64,000 nucleotides of DNA, taken from the NCBI GenBank assembly GCA_026770705.1, contig JANJGN010000036.1:3472001-3536000 (forward strand), given 5' to 3'. Each line of letters opens with the position of its first letter. The first letter of the stretch is position 1. Origin of the DNA: Isurus oxyrinchus. Taxonomy: Eukaryota. The position numbers and the translations under genes are program-made. Below are positions 1 to 14,405 of the stretch, piece by piece. The notes beneath the pieces are model-generated. The model was not told the DNA's origin. It did not search any database and saw only the letters and a list, made by a program, of their open reading frames with translations.

Positions 1-5
1 CATCC

Positions 6-81
<76 letters not shown>

Positions 82-732
82 GTCTATCTATCTATCAATC
101 ACTCTATCTATCTGCCTAGCTATCCATCGATCTGTCTATCTATTTATTTATCTCTCTATCTATCTATCTATCTATCAACCTATGTAGCTCTGTATCTATA
201 TACCTGTTTGCCTATCTTCACTCAATCTATCTATCTATCTATCTGTCTGTCTGTCTATCTATCCAATTATCTGTCTGTCTGCCTGTCTGTCAGTCTGTCC
301 ATTTTTTTCTTTTTCTCTTTCTCCCTCTCCAACTATCTATCTATGTTTCCATCTATCTATCTATTTAAACATCCATCTGTCTATCTATCTATCTATCTAT
401 CTATCCATCTATCTATCTATCTATCTATTTATCTATCTATCCATCTATCAATCCAAATATCTGTCTGTCTGCCTGTCTGCCAGTCAGTCCATTTTTTTTA
501 TTTTTCTCCGTCTCCCTCTCCAACTATCTATCTATCCATACATCTATCTTTCTATTTATCCATCTATCTGTCTATCTGTCTATCTATCTCTCTGTCTATC
601 TATCTGTCTATCTATCTATCTGTCAATCTATCTCTCTATCCATCCATCTATCTATCAATTTATCTATCTCTGTATCTATATACCTGTTTGCCCATCGTCA
701 CTCAATCTATCTATCTATATATCTGTCTGTCA

Positions 733-807
<75 letters not shown>

Positions 808-1063
808 CATCTTTCTATCGATCAATCTATCTATCTATATAGCTATCTATCTGTCTATGTATCTACCTATCTATCTATCGATCTATCTATATAATCAATC
901 AATTTATCTATTTATGTCTCTGCATGTCTGTCAGCCAGTCCATCTTTGCTTTCTCTCTCTCTCTCTCTCCATCTATCGATCTATCTATCAATCTAACTAC
1001 CCATCTATGTCTTTGCCTGCCTGCCTGTCTGTCTGTCTGTTAGTCTGTGCATCTTTTCTTTTT
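1..1063. repeat. (TCTA)n/(TCTG)n microsatellite field
   Basis: Direct reading. The homologous field lies at 38830-39190, before duplication copy 2. Confidence 0.95.
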
Positions 1064-1244
1064 NNNNNNNNNNNNNNNNNNNNNNNNNNNNNNNNNNNNN
1101 NNNNNNNNNNNNNNNNNNNNNNNNNNNNNNNNNNNNNNNNNNNNNNNNNNNNNNNNNNNNNNNNNNNNNNNNNNNNNNNNNNNNNNNNNNNNNNNNNNNN
1201 NNNNNNNNNNNNNNNNNNNNNNNNNNNNNNNNNNNNNNNNNNNN
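1064..1244. other. Assembly gap (N run)
   Basis: N bases. Confidence 1.
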
Positions 1245-4200
1245 CTTATGTTGCACAAAATGCGAAATAATAACCGACAAAAGTTTGGCAACAAAATGTA
1301 AAACGAGGATCTAGACGAGAAAGTACCCCGGGGTGAAGGGAGAATATTTGCAATGCGACCAGTGTTTGTGCTTGCTAATGCCCATCTTCAGGGAATTCCC
1401 ACTTACCTTCGCCATATCGCTTTCATTCTACTGGCAATCCATTCTGACGCCACATTAGAGGGAGCTGCCACACGGCTTCTTCAGTGTTTTCCAGTTCAGT
1501 TTTTATTTAATAGGGCCCTTAGCACTGGTACTATCAACTGTGGGCAATGTTAGGTATCACCCGCCATTCCCCAACAATTACACTGCCTGTGTATGGTGTG
1601 TGCACATGTGCTCCATCCACTTCCTCAGGGGAGGCCCTTGAATCGTCTCGGGTTGGATCATGTCCTTGTCCCTGTTGATGATTCTCAGTGACTGGATTCC
1701 ATCATGTCAGAGAACATAATAAAGCGATTGACGAGCTTCAATAAATATATCAGCCATGAATTCTACCTTGCCCATTGAACCCATGTTGTCTACATGTTCT
1801 AAAATTTAACAATGAGGCCTAGTCAAATATTTACTCGATATAAAGGCCAGCTAATGCGAAACTGTCTATTTTAGTCCTGACATCTTCGACTTATTTCGGA
1901 CAGCCATCACTCCGTGATGGGTGAAGCTCCCACGTGTCCTGCTCATTTCTGGACTCAAGTCCTGCTCTTACCCCGAATCCCTTCGCTGACTACTGACTGC
2001 GGCCTCAGAAATGTTGGCTGCTCTTGTCCCGGATCTCACAACCCTGATCCAGTGTTCACCACCTCGATGGTTAGGTTCAACAGCGTTCTTCCTGTCAAGC
2101 GGACCACTTCCTTCTCCCTCAAACATCACGCATAACGAATGATATCGGCCGAATCATTAACAGAACAACAACAAACTCCTTCTGCCTCTTGACAAGTTCC
2201 ATTGCTTTCCAATATTTTTGTGAATCGATTCGAAAACTTTTGCCGGTCCCTGACAATCACTTTATGCATGAACAGCTGACTATCACAGCGACCTCCCACA
2301 CATACCAAACGACAGCATGCATTCTCCAATCCTCTCTCAGGCCTCGTGGTACAACCTTTCTGTTTATTTCCCGCTCCATCCACTGCACCAGCGCCCAAAA
2401 TCATGCAAGGAACCACACCCAAACTTTCTGAGAGAACTCTCGAACTCCATCAGCTTTCTACTCAAAATTCCCCCAGGACACGAATCAATGCTGTTGCCTC
2501 TCTTGAGGAGCTCACCGTGCTAGCATTCTTCACCGTTTCCCTTCTCAGAGTCAAATTTGAAGAATGGGGTGTTTCACGATCATCCTCTTGGGGTGCACGT
2601 AATGTGCCCCTGTTTGCTGGCCATTGCAGGGCAGGTGTATTAAATTATCGATTAAGGCTTCACTGAGCCAATCGACATTATTCAATCTAAGGAGGAACTC
2701 GACCCGATAAATAGAAATTTCCAGTTGTTGGAGGTGGGACAATATTTTCAGCCGGTGTATTGGATTGAAGGACTGCATCAGTGAGACCTGCTGTTTGATT
2801 TTGAGGGACAGTATAATTTGGTGGGATTTCACAATCTTGACGAGTTGTATTAGTTTGATTGCTAATTCAGTTTAACCCTGTAGTCCATAAATACGACTTT
2901 CACAATCCAACATTTGGAATTGTCTTACTGAGTGGCTGCAGTGAAAAGGGGCAGCCACATTCCAGAACACTTGACAACCAGACTTGCCAGGGCAATCTTA
3001 TGTTAGAAATTAAATTGTTGAATCGCGACAAGAGAGTTAAGGGCATCACTGAGACAGAATGAAATGTACAGAGATTGGCGTGATACTTTTGGAAATAATG
3101 CACCTTTTCTTTGTGTCCATGGAATCTATTTTTTTTAGCTAATTAGTAATCTCGGAATTTACAAGATTTGGAATTTTTCTAAAGCAGACAATGTACAAAA
3201 TATATTCTGTCAAAACAAGGATATAAGCTGATGACGTAATAAGTTTGTATAAAAAAATGTCTATTTGAACAAGGATGCAAAGTCAGTGTTCTCGTGGAGA
3301 TACCGACTAGTGCTTAATTCAGAGACATTACCTGCAGCGCGAAGGGACAGGTCACTTCACGCAAAAGTTCATGGGCATATTCTACAATTTCAGGAAAATA
3401 TTTAACATAATTCTTGCCGTCAGTGGTGTTCCTGGTGAGTTACTGTAACCATTGAAGTTGTGCAGTGTTTCTGGATTTACTCTGTGACTGACAGCATTAC
3501 ATGCTTTTTTAGATGTGGCAGTTATCCACACATCTTTCCAGTGTTATCATTTCCATTGCCTCACTTGAAAAGGAATCTTTGTTTGTAGCTCCCAGGATCT
3601 CCGAATTGTCCAGTTAGTTGCTTCTTTTGAGAATTGCATCCTGTTGTATCAGACCTCAGCGCAGACATGGCCCTGAGGGAAACACTGCGTTACGGTCTCA
3701 GTCACTGTGATTTCACAATACTTAAGGCCCACTAAATGAAGTGAAACAAACGAACCCAGTGACCACGAATCAAGGGGAGTAGCTGTCACTGTAGAACGGC
3801 TCTAAGAAACATGCAATCATGGGAGGTTTACGGCGCAGAAAGATTCCATGGTCCATCTTGCCTGCGTAGGCCGCAAAACCAGTCACTCTCGGAGCCACCT
3901 TAACCTGGAGTTTAAACGGACAGTTAGTTCTGAATAGGGCACATGTCACTGGGGCTGTCTGTCATTGTAGAGCTGTACAGAACATCCTGCGTGGAACTTC
4001 TGGTCCTAGTGTATCATGTATCATTGCAAGTCCTACCCTGTGAGGAACTGTTGGGAATGTGGGTCTCCAACTGGAGTGGGGACGCCTGATGCTGATGCCT
4101 GTGTATTATGGAGAGTAGAAATTCAGAAAGCGCTGGAAATTCTCAACAGGTCGGGCAGCATTTTTAGAGAGAGAAGGAGAATTAATGATTAGAGCTCTCC

Positions 4201-7200
4201 GCAATTGCTTCCAAACCTGTTGAGTATTCTCGGCAGTTTCTATTTTGTTTCAGATTTCCAGCAAGCATAGTGATTTGTTTTTATTGCTGGGAGCATGCTC
4301 CTTTGTAGAGCTGAGATCAGATTGGTTCCTTAACGTGAGGCGAACATCTGACTCCAGTGACCATTTATTACTGGGAGTATTTTTAATGCAGATTTACAGT
4401 GAGGCCATGTCAAGAAACTGAGCAGAAATCCTGCTCCGTGTGAGCAGGTACAAGTGGGAGTATTTAACATTGTAAAATTGTACTGAAGGTGGGTTGCTAA
4501 CTGCAGTGGAGGAAACTGACCGCTGCGATCACGTGCCACAGGGAATACTTGTCATTCTAGCATTGAACTAAGTGTGCGTCTCAACGGACTTGAAGCAATT
4601 CAGGTAAAAGTTAAACCATTGATTCAAGCGACGGAACGCGCCGGATGCATTTTTACACTTTGTTATCCATGGGAAAGGGGAAGAGTTTTTGATATTGGTT
4701 GATGTTTGGTAATAAGTTTATAAACTGTAATTTTTTGATGCTGTTCTGCCCCCTAATCAAATGCAATTTTAAATATTGAATAAGGGTAAGCAGAAGAACA
4801 ATGTTACTCTATTTAATTCCTCTTTAAAATGATGTATTGTTCGCATAAGTATAATAATTCTAAAGACTATTGTTATATGTTAGTCCGCAAGGCCTGGCCC
4901 AGTGCAGAAAAGTGAGGGAATTCAGTATATTATGTTTCTAGCACAGGGTGTAACCTGGGAACAGGTTCTTAATTATTCCAGGTTTGAGACTGACTAAGTT
5001 TTCCTGAATCAGTTCGGTGTGTCTGATTAAGAGTTTCGACACGTTTAGCCTGCACGTCATCCGCTTGTAGTTCAGTGAGATGTGGCCCTACGAGGAGACA
5101 CTCTGAGAAATGACAGATTTCATGTTTTCTCAACACATGAAATAGCGAGACGACAGTACAAATAACGTTGGTAAGCCGATAATAATGTAATAAATAGGGC
5201 AATACATCAATAAATATCACTTTCAAATGTTATGAAATAACTGAGAACCTCGTGTTTGAAAGATCCAGTCTCCCGACATTCTAGGTAAAAACGTTTTTCT
5301 GGAGTTCACTCTCCTGCATTAGTTAACACCACATTCTATCTTTCTCCCTAAGGGAAGTATGATCATCACTTTTCCACCTCTCAATCTCTTTGATATTTTA
5401 TATGTCTCCATTTGATTATTCCTCAGCTGCCTACTTTATAGAGTTTAGAGTCAATGCCAGTTACTCGTCCTGATAGTTATCATCTCTCGGATATGATATT
5501 ATTCTTGAGAATAATATTTGCACGTCTGTAAAGTTTCGATCCCGATTTCGTAATATGAAGGCCAGGAATGCAGAAGAACCCTGAACGTAGGATTCCATAA
5601 TCGATTAAATATGACCTTTCCGATACTATTTTCCTTCCTCTTTAAATGAGCCTCAATGATTTTCTCACATCTTCATTGTTTTGTTAGCCCTCATTTCTGG
5701 CTTGAATCACTTGTGACTCTCTTCCCCCAAAATCCTTTTCTCTATTGTTTATTTAATGAATTATTTGCCTCATTTCACCTTAAATATCTTCTACTTTGTA
5801 ATATTCATTCTTTGAACTCTTCCTTGAGAGGTAATTGCTCCCTCTCTGATGTTCCGTCCTTTTCTGCATCTGAGTCCTCAACAACTGTTCATTATTCTCC
5901 CATTGCCCCACGAAGATTCTTGCCTTAGAGTTTGAAGTTGCTCCCTGGATGCCCATTGATATTTTGACCACTGCCAGTCCGCCGTCTCTGCACCAAATGC
6001 AATAAACTGCCCTTAAACTGCCATTAGGCTGGATCTTTCCTGACCTACAGCATTCGTTCTTTGCCCAACCAGATTCCCTCAACCATCTCCCACCTTACTC
6101 TTATCGAGGGCCCCACTTGAAATGTATTAATTTGCTTTGGTTTTTCAACAACCTACTTTAGAAACCTTTTCCGCATTACCATCTGTGCATTGCTCAGGTT
6201 TTCTGCTTCAACTATTGCTATTCCAGCACATTCATAACTTTCTCACTCCAATTCCCTTCTTTCGCCCTGGCATGTCTTCATATTATCCATTTCTGAATCT
6301 TCCTTTCCTTGCTCGACTTTTCTATTCCCATTTCAGTGGGTGCTCTTTCCACCTATATCAGATATCGAAGTCAATAGCTACCTTGGTTCAAGAATCTCTG
6401 CTTCTTGTAAAGTCTCTGTTCTCTCCTCCTAGTTTCTCTGTCTCATCTTCTTCTGTGGCTATGAGGACACTATCCACATCTGTCTTTCCCAAGCAAAGTA
6501 CTTTCTTCCTCAGCAGAGGTTTGGCCCCTTCACTGCGGTCATCTGGCCCAACCGTGTCCAATCTATTTCCAGCATTGTTGCCCTCGCCGCCACAACCTGC
6601 AGAGGAATCTCTTGTCCAGAGAGATTTCATTTCTACTTTGTCTAGTGTTCAAATCTTCTCTCGCTGTCAATGGAACTTCTTGCAGAACTTCCCACGCAGT
6701 GAAATGAATCATTCGCCTGAAAATGAGAGAGAAAATGAATTGGTTAGAAAATACCAAAAGATTCAGATGAAAAGAAGGCACAGCAAGAGCCAAAGCTCCA
6801 TTTCTAACTTTGACACACAATCTCCCTGCACCTGCCAATTGTAAACAAATATCATCTCCCAATCTACATCTGTGCTCATCTAAACCTAATCTGGCCGCAA
6901 GTAAATTGTATTTGATTCTGAAATATTGTTGCATATCTCTCAACGAGCATTCATCTCAAAGTCTTCCATCATCATTTTAACTCATTTGAAGCCAGAAATA
7001 TTTCTCTCAATGTGTATTCATAGAAAACTCTTCTGTTAGCATGTGAATGCAAGTAAATCCCTAAACATACTTCGCTGTACCTGTACCAGCCATTAAAGAT
7101 GCTGAGATACTTGCGTTGTTCAAATTCTCCCGCCTTGCACATCCCTTAGCTAAATTGTTCCAATGTTACCATACAGTGCCTTTAGTTGCTTTGAATCTAA

Positions 7201-7735
7201 GCTCTAGAATTAGTTACCCAAACATCACCACCTCTCTAAATCACTTTCCAGTTTTAAGATGTTCCTTTAAACTCTGGCTTTTATCAAGTTTCCTATCATC
7301 TGGCCTCATATCTCCTTGAGTAGTTCAATGCTAAAGCGTTCAATAAAAATCAATGAGAAATATTGTTTTTGCTCAGTGCCTAGGGACATGAAACAGGGGA
7401 AGGTCATTCAGCCCGTCGAGCGAGCTCCATCATTCATTACAATCATGGCTGATCGAACACTTCAATACACTATCCCCATAGCCCTTTACGTTATTAGTAA
7501 TCATAAATCTATCAATCAGAGGGTGTTTTTCTGCTTCAAATATACTTTACAAATGTAAACTGTTGTTACCCTGACCCACCAATCTCTCAAAGAACAGGTA
7601 CAACAGGGGATGCATAGAGATTCAACTCAACCTATGCTTTACCGTCAATTATCCTCATAGCAGAAACGGAATTATTTGCATTAGGAACGACTAAGTATCC
7701 CTTTGCACCTCTCGGTCGAATGACCTGAGGAAAGA
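1245..7735 (+). repeat. Segmental duplication, copy 1
   Basis: Colinear, diverged similarity to 39204-44070, read directly (e.g. GAATATTTGCAATG...CTTGCTAATGCCCATCT, CATCATGTCAGAGAACATAAT, TCAATAAATATCACTTTCAAAT). Confidence 0.9.
4115..4287. mobile_element. Old inverted-repeat element related to the same repeat terminus
   Basis: GCTGGAAATTCTCAACAGGTCGGGCAGCA ... TGCTTCCAAACCTGTTGAGTATTCTCGGCAG form imperfect inverted arms. Confidence 0.5.
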
Positions 7736-8575
7736 TGACACAAAGATTGGCCGAGTAGTGGATAGTGTAGAGGATAGCCATAATCTCCAAAATGATATAG
7801 ATGGGTTGGTGGAGTGGGCGGTAAAGGGGCAGATGGTTTTTAACATAGAGAAATGTGAGGTCATATATGTATGGAAGTCAAACAGTTACAGGGATTACAA
7901 AATAAATGGGAATATACTAAGACGTGTTGATGAATTGAGAGATCTTGGCGTACAAGTACACAGGTCCATGAAGGCAGCATTTCATATCGACAAGGTTGTA
8001 GAGAAGGCATATGGAATGCTATCCTTCATTGGCAGAGGCATAGAATAAAAAAGGTAAGGATATAATGTTGGAATTGTATGAAACACTGGTGAGGCCACAA
8101 CTGGAGTGTTGTTTGCAGTTCTGGTCACCACATTACAGGTAGGACATAATAGATATGGAGAGAGTACAGAGGAAGTTTATAAGAATGTTGCCATGGGTAG
8201 AAAAGTGTCGCCTCGAGGAGAGATTGGATGGGTTGGGGTTATTTTCCCTGGAACAAAGAAGGCTGAGAGGTGACTTGATTTAGGTGTACAAAATTATGAG
8301 GGGAATAGAGAGAGTGGAAAGGATAACATTGTTTCCCTTGATGGAGAAATCTAGAACCAGGTGATACAGATTCAAGATAAGTGATAGAAGGTTTAGGGGG
8401 GACATGAGGAAGAACTTTTTTATACAGAGGATCATGGGTGCCTGGAATTCGCTGCACAAGTTGGTGGTAGAGATATAAACTTTAAACTCTTTTAAGAAGT
8501 ACTTGGATTGGCTTCTAAATAGCTGCAAGCTGCAGGGCTATGGCCCGGGTGCAGGAAGGTTTTAATTAGAAAGGG
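7734..8575 (+). mobile_element. 5'-truncated CR1-clade LINE (RT C-terminal region + 3' end), decayed
   Basis: DDTKIGRVVDSVEDSHNLQNDIDGLVEWA...FNIEKCEVI...RDLGVQVH...KAYGMLSFI, then LVRPQLE..QFWSPH, with stops and frameshifts. Confidence 0.9.
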
Positions 8576-8614
8576 AACATTCTCTCTCACACAAACACAC
8601 CCACACACATATAT

Positions 8615-8747
8615 NNNNNNNNNNNNNNNNNNNNNNNNNNNNNNNNNNNNNNNNNNNNNNNNNNNNNNNNNNNNNNNNNNNNNNNNNNNNNNNNNNNNNN
8701 NNNNNNNNNNNNNNNNNNNNNNNNNNNNNNNNNNNNNNNNNNNNNNN
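8615..8747. other. Assembly gap (N run)
   Basis: N bases. Confidence 1.
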
Positions 8748-11700
8748 CATGCATTTTCTCTCTCCCACACAATCGCACACACATCCACACACACAAACTC
8801 GCACAGATATATTCTCTCATACAGGCAGCAGAAACACATTCACATACCCTCACACACACACCGTCACAGTCACAGATTTATTCAGAAATAGTGATCAGAA
8901 AAGTGTCATAGATACAGTCATAGTATAGTCCAGCACTAGAGGAGGCTATTCTGCCCATCCAGATGTTCTGGTTCTTTTGAAGAGGGATCCAGGTAGTCGC
9001 GCTGCCGCACTCTTTTCCCCATAATCCTGCATGTTATTCTCATTCAACAATTTATCCGATTCTCCTTTTGAAGGATCTTATTAAATCAGTCGCCACCTCC
9101 TTAGCAGACATTGCATTATATAATTGAGTTCCGAGGAATTTTGGAGTCCTTGTACAGAAATCACACAGAAAGTTAACTTACAGGAACAGCTAACCAGGGG
9201 GAAGTGAAATGAAGTGTTGGCCTTTATTGCAAAGGGATTGGAGTACAAGAGCAAGGAGGTCTTGCTGCAAGTGTGCTGCTGAGACCCCACCAGGAATACT
9301 GAGGAGAGTTTTCATCCCCAGACTCAAGGAGGGAAAACAGATATTTGACACATGTGAATTATTTTCTTCTGTGTGTGTGTCTGTCTTGATATTTCAATGC
9401 TGGATTCTTACAACATAATGTGCAGTCTATATTGTCTGACCTGATGCTGCCGATTTTGTTTTACTCAATAATCGATGTTCCCCAGTTACTGACCTCTCTG
9501 TGTCTCTCCATCCCTCTCCTTTTGGGAATCTGTAAAAAAAGAAAAGTCAGAAACATCAGTCAACCATTTTAGGTTTCTTCATCGTGGCCATTCTCTCCTC
9601 AAATGCATGTCTCATCGGAGCAACATTTAGTCTTGTGCACCAAATATCTGACAATTTAAAACACTTGCAAGTGATATAGAGGAAGATCACAAATAATCAG
9701 TGATCTCACTGAGTGTCAGAACAGAGTTGATTGATTAAATGGAAATATCCTCTTCCCATGTGCTGTGACCAAGATCCTTCTTTCACACTCTGTCACTCCG
9801 TCTCCCTCCCGATGGGTGTCTCTCTCTTTTTAACACTTGCTCGGACTGTGACTTCCCTTAGTGTCTCCCCTTCCCTCTCTCTGTCTCTGGAAACCTGGAA
9901 AATATCCAGAAATGTCAGTCAGCCCTTTTAGATTTGTTTGTGGTGGCCATTTTATGTGCGAAAAGCACTGACACATTAATGACTGATTTGTCTCCTTACA
10001 AAGGAATTATTAGTACCTTCAACATGACAGAGACACAGCTATGCAGATACAAACGGGCTATCTTGACCAAGGTTTCCAGGAGAATAATGGAAACTGATAG
10101 GCAGATAGAGAGAAATGCTTAATAGCTGCGGGGTCTACGACTAGGATCGTAGGCTACATATTTAACAATAGCCTGAACCCCTTTTCTGAGTGTAATTAAG
10201 AAACGTTTATTCACACATGTGGATTAAGAACTTCTGTAAATGGTCCCTCCCTATCTCTTCCTGTCCCACCATCCTCCGATGTTCGTTTTCCTTTAACTCC
10301 TGCTCTCAGAATTCTCAGACCAGGAAATCAGCTGTAACCTTTGTTTCCTGAAATCTGTTTTTGCTGCTTGTTTCCGCTCTGTTCCCTCTCTCTTTCTCAG
10401 CCTCTCCATGTCCATCTCTGTCTAAGAATGTAAGAATCTAAGAAATAAGAGCAGGAGTAGCCCACCCGAACCCCTCGAGCACCCCACCACCACCCCACCA
10501 ACCCACCCCCCCTCCCACCCCGACCCTCCCCTCCGTCATTCCCTATTAAGACTTTGGTGCGCTGCCTCTGGATATTTTACATCTGGATTCATACAATACA
10601 CACGACAATTTCTATCATATGATGGGAAGCAGCCAACACTATTTCACTCAGTACAGACGCTAACTTCATGATGCAATGTTATAACATCTAGTCAGACAAC
10701 TGTCATCCCACAGGGGCAAAGTTTTACTGGGTCAGCATTCTCAGAAAACACTAAATCGCCCCACAATGCAAGGCTCACAAATCCAACACGCTTTTTCTTG
10801 TTTCATTCTCCCTGGTCTGTTCTGATTCGCTGATAGATTCTTGGTGCTTACCCTTCATATGAGCAGTCATCCTCATCCCGTGTGCCTGTCCTGCTCCCAA
10901 ACACAGCATCCGACGACAATAAGGCAAGTGATACAGGAACGTCTGAGTGACTTAGACAGGGTGAGTATCGATCCTGACTCAGGAGTGTACGTGACAAGGC
11001 TTAATTCCAGGGACAATAGAAACATACATTCACTCTATACCTAAACCGTGCTGTACCTTCGCTTAGTGTTGGATGGGATGGTGCAGATGTGTAGATGGTA
11101 ATCAGTCAAGTTCATATCAAAGTGTGTTTGAAACGTGCTGAGGGTTCCTGCCTCTCCCACCTATTCAGACAGTGAGTTCCAGATACCCACCAGTCTCTCG
11201 GTGAAAATATTACTCCTCAGTTCCACATGAATCCTTCACATTCAATCGATGGTCCCAAGTTATTGACCTCTCTGCTCAGGGAGAGAGGATCCTCCCTATC
11301 CATACTCAGTAGGCCCCTCATCATTTTATAGCCTCAATTCTTCGGTAGCAGGGTTTCAGGAGGGCTGGAGTTCGGAGAGAACCCTGACCTGGGCATCACA
11401 GCCTGTCCTGGCACACCTCGAGCAAGTCTCCCCGAAAGTAAATCAAACCCACTTTCTCCAAACTCACCATGGAGCTACAATCCCTCATTTCTGCTAATTA
11501 ATCAACTCTCAAAGATTCTAAAAATCTTGATATTTCCCCTCTCAGTCTGCTTATTCCACCCAATATTCCTCATTCCCCTGCCTTACGCACAATGTCCGCA
11601 TCGTCCCCCGTACCTTGTGAACACAGACACAGGAACATTGGATTTTAGAGCTTTACACTTTTATGAGCGAAATTTGAAATCACTTCTAAACAAAAATGAT

Positions 11701-12969
11701 AGTAGAAGTTTGGAAGTGACTTCCCCAAATGACCCTCCCAATCAGTCCCAAGTTGTTAAGAGTACAATGGACAAAGTTGTCCAAGTGTTAAGGGGAACTG
11801 ATGGGGTATAAGGTTGGAAGTGTCTTCCCCAGGCAGCAAATGATGTGGAGTCACTGTCTGATTTTCAAATCTAAGGTTGACCTTGTCTTCAGGTCCCTGC
11901 CACCACATCAGTACTAAAATGGACAGACATTTTACAGCTGGATTCACACAATACAGGAAGCAATGTGTGTTACATTTTTGAAAATGCTGCAAATTTTGTT
12001 AAATATCATTGCAGTTTCTGTAACATCCAATTTGAAATGTCTGCAATGTTTTTTTTCTTGTATTGAAGCACCTCAGAATGCAACGTGATTTAAGTAGAAA
12101 CCCTGAATATCATTGCACTTTCTGAAATATTTTGCAATTTCTCTCAAATATTTCATGAACAAAGAATAATTTTGCAAAAAAAAGTGTGTATGTGTGTGTT
12201 TCTGAAATTCGATATATTTATTGGTGATTTAACATGATATGATAGAAATCTTGCTGAAATAACACAAAGCTACAAACAGTGGACTTCCAAAGAGACTTGA
12301 GGGTCCATACGTTTGAATGCAGTGTAACTTTACTCAAATGATAACTATAAGGGGTAAATGACAAAGTAAGATTACACAAAGTGGGGATGTATTCCCAGGA
12401 ATTTAGAACGATCAGTGTTGATTACATCCTGCACTTCAGCACGCTTGAGTCGGAGAGCTTTGAAACTGTCTTCGGCAAGTGAAGATTGATGCTCAGATAA
12501 TTGTTAATTTTTAAATGTAATATTGAACTAAATTTATTCTTTCACTCTCTGTCCCCTGTTGTGTGTGTGTGTTTCACTCCACCCTCTGCGAATCTCTATA
12601 ATTCTCCGCATGCATCAATCAGACATTTCGTGTTTGTTCATGGTGGCCAGTTTCTCTCCAATGCCCTGTTTATTCATAGCAAATCCGAAAGTTTCGAAGG
12701 TTAAAACAGTTAAGGTGTGCGTGTGTGATTATGAGACTGTACACCAGAGGGTAGATTGGTAAAGGTGTGTGTGTGATTCTGGGAGCATCAGCAGAGCGTA
12801 GATTAGTAAAGGTGTGCGGAGAAACCTGAGCGGCATTGCAGATTGATATAATATCTGTTTGAACTCTATACTTGGGGAAATTTGCAACAGTGCCTCTTTT
12901 GTTGTGTCCGGCCCTTGTTAGCCTGATTAATATTGAAAATGATGCGTTAACATGTACCTTCTTCCCCTT

Positions 12970-13430
12970 TCAGGCGGCAATCCAGTAACTCAGTGGTTGC
13001 TGGAGCAATGGCGGCTCTTTTACACACACACCTCCACGGCTGGGAAAGTCACCTATCAGTGACGCTAGGCGGGCTGCACTCTGGAGGGAGAGCGCTGCGC
13101 ACATGCGCACCTCCGCACCCATCGCGCACCAACTGCTTTTTATTTATTATTCTTCTTATTATTATTATTAATAATCACCTCCTCGCCGGCTCAGAATCTC
13201 AGTTCCCGGTTCATCCTGAAGGGCCTCTTCTTCATTTTCGCTTTATTAAAATAATGTAGGAGCTGGTGGTGACGTCACGCCATCATGGCGGCCGCTGCCC
13301 CTCCTCCCGCGCCAGTTAGACAAAGAGCAGCGGCCGGATGTAGGTTTGAGCATGAGGTGATACTGGGAGGAGCAGCGTTTGAAACAGGAGGTCCTGAGAC
13401 GAGTTAGAGCGGCCTCTAGCGGACAGGAGT
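12970..13430. promoter_or_regulatory. CpG-rich housekeeping-type promoter segment
   Basis: Local CpG enrichment. NRF1-like TGCGCACATGCGCA at 13096-13109, perfect CRE TGACGTCA at 13270-13277, YY1/Kozak-like GCCATCATGGCGGC at 13279-13292. Confidence 0.55.
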
Positions 13431-13849
13431 GGAAACAGCAGCAGAAAGTGACTCTCTTCCCAAAGGCCCCAGTTCTGTTGTTTGAGGCAGGGAACCTCTT
13501 CAAATAGATACTTCAGCTTCCAGATCCACCACCCACAAGAACTATTCCCTCTGCAGAGCAGCTTCACTCTCCATTCCCACCCTGTATTCCACCATTTCCG
13601 CAGCAACTGTGTTCTCAGATACTTTACACCCTGAGATATTTTTAGCAAAAACTAGTCCTGGGTCACATTTAATAACTGTTTTGGGGTCAGACATCAGTCA
13701 CATCATCAATTACACTTCCAACCTGCGCTATGGGGATATATTTGCATTGTCTACTTTCAGAATAAAAAAGAGTTTTAGCTCTGCTCGTGTTATTCTTCTA
13801 ATAAATTTCCTGGGTTGACTAGAATGAGATTGGCATTAACCCTCCCTGC

Positions 13850-14405
13850 TCTCTGTCTGTGTGTCTGTGTCTGTGTGTGTGTGTGTGTTTGTCTGTGAGG
13901 GTGTTTCTGTGCGAATGTGTGTACGTGGCTCTGTGTTTGTGAGTGTGTGTGAAAGAGCATGTTTATGTATGAATGTGTGTGTGTTTATGATTGTGTGTGC
14001 CAGTGTGTATCTACGCCTCTGTGTATGTAAGTATGTGTTTCAGTGAGTGTATGTATGAATTTGTGCGTGTTTATAACTGTGTGTGCCAACGTGTGTTTGT
14101 GAGTCTGTGTATCTTTTTGTGTATCTGATTGTGTGTGAGTGTGTCTGTGCATGCGACTGTAAGTGTGTGAGTGATTGTGTGTCTGTGCGAGAGAGTACTT
14201 GTGTTTTTATGCATGTGCATGACTGTGTTTTCTGTGTGTCTGTGTGTATGTGTGTCTTTGCATTCATGTGTGTATGTGCTTGTATGTGTGTGTTTCTGAG
14301 AGTGAAAGCGAGTGTGTGGTAAAATGGCTGAGTGTGTGTGAGGGTATCTGCGTATGTGAGTGTATGTGTGGTAGTGAGTGTGTGTGAATGTGTATGTATG
14401 AATGT
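13850..14405. repeat. Degenerate (TG)n microsatellite
   Basis: Direct reading. Confidence 0.9.

Noticed and set aside
208-1301. Long SIYL-rich ORFs and ORFs spanning N runs
   Set aside because: They are translations of the TCTA microsatellite and of assembly gaps.
13285-13505. Resemblance of KVTLFPKAPVLLFEA to PP1 regulatory subunit (RVxF/ankyrin) N-termini
   Set aside because: The match is too short and weak, is interrupted by stops, and no ankyrin exons were found downstream.
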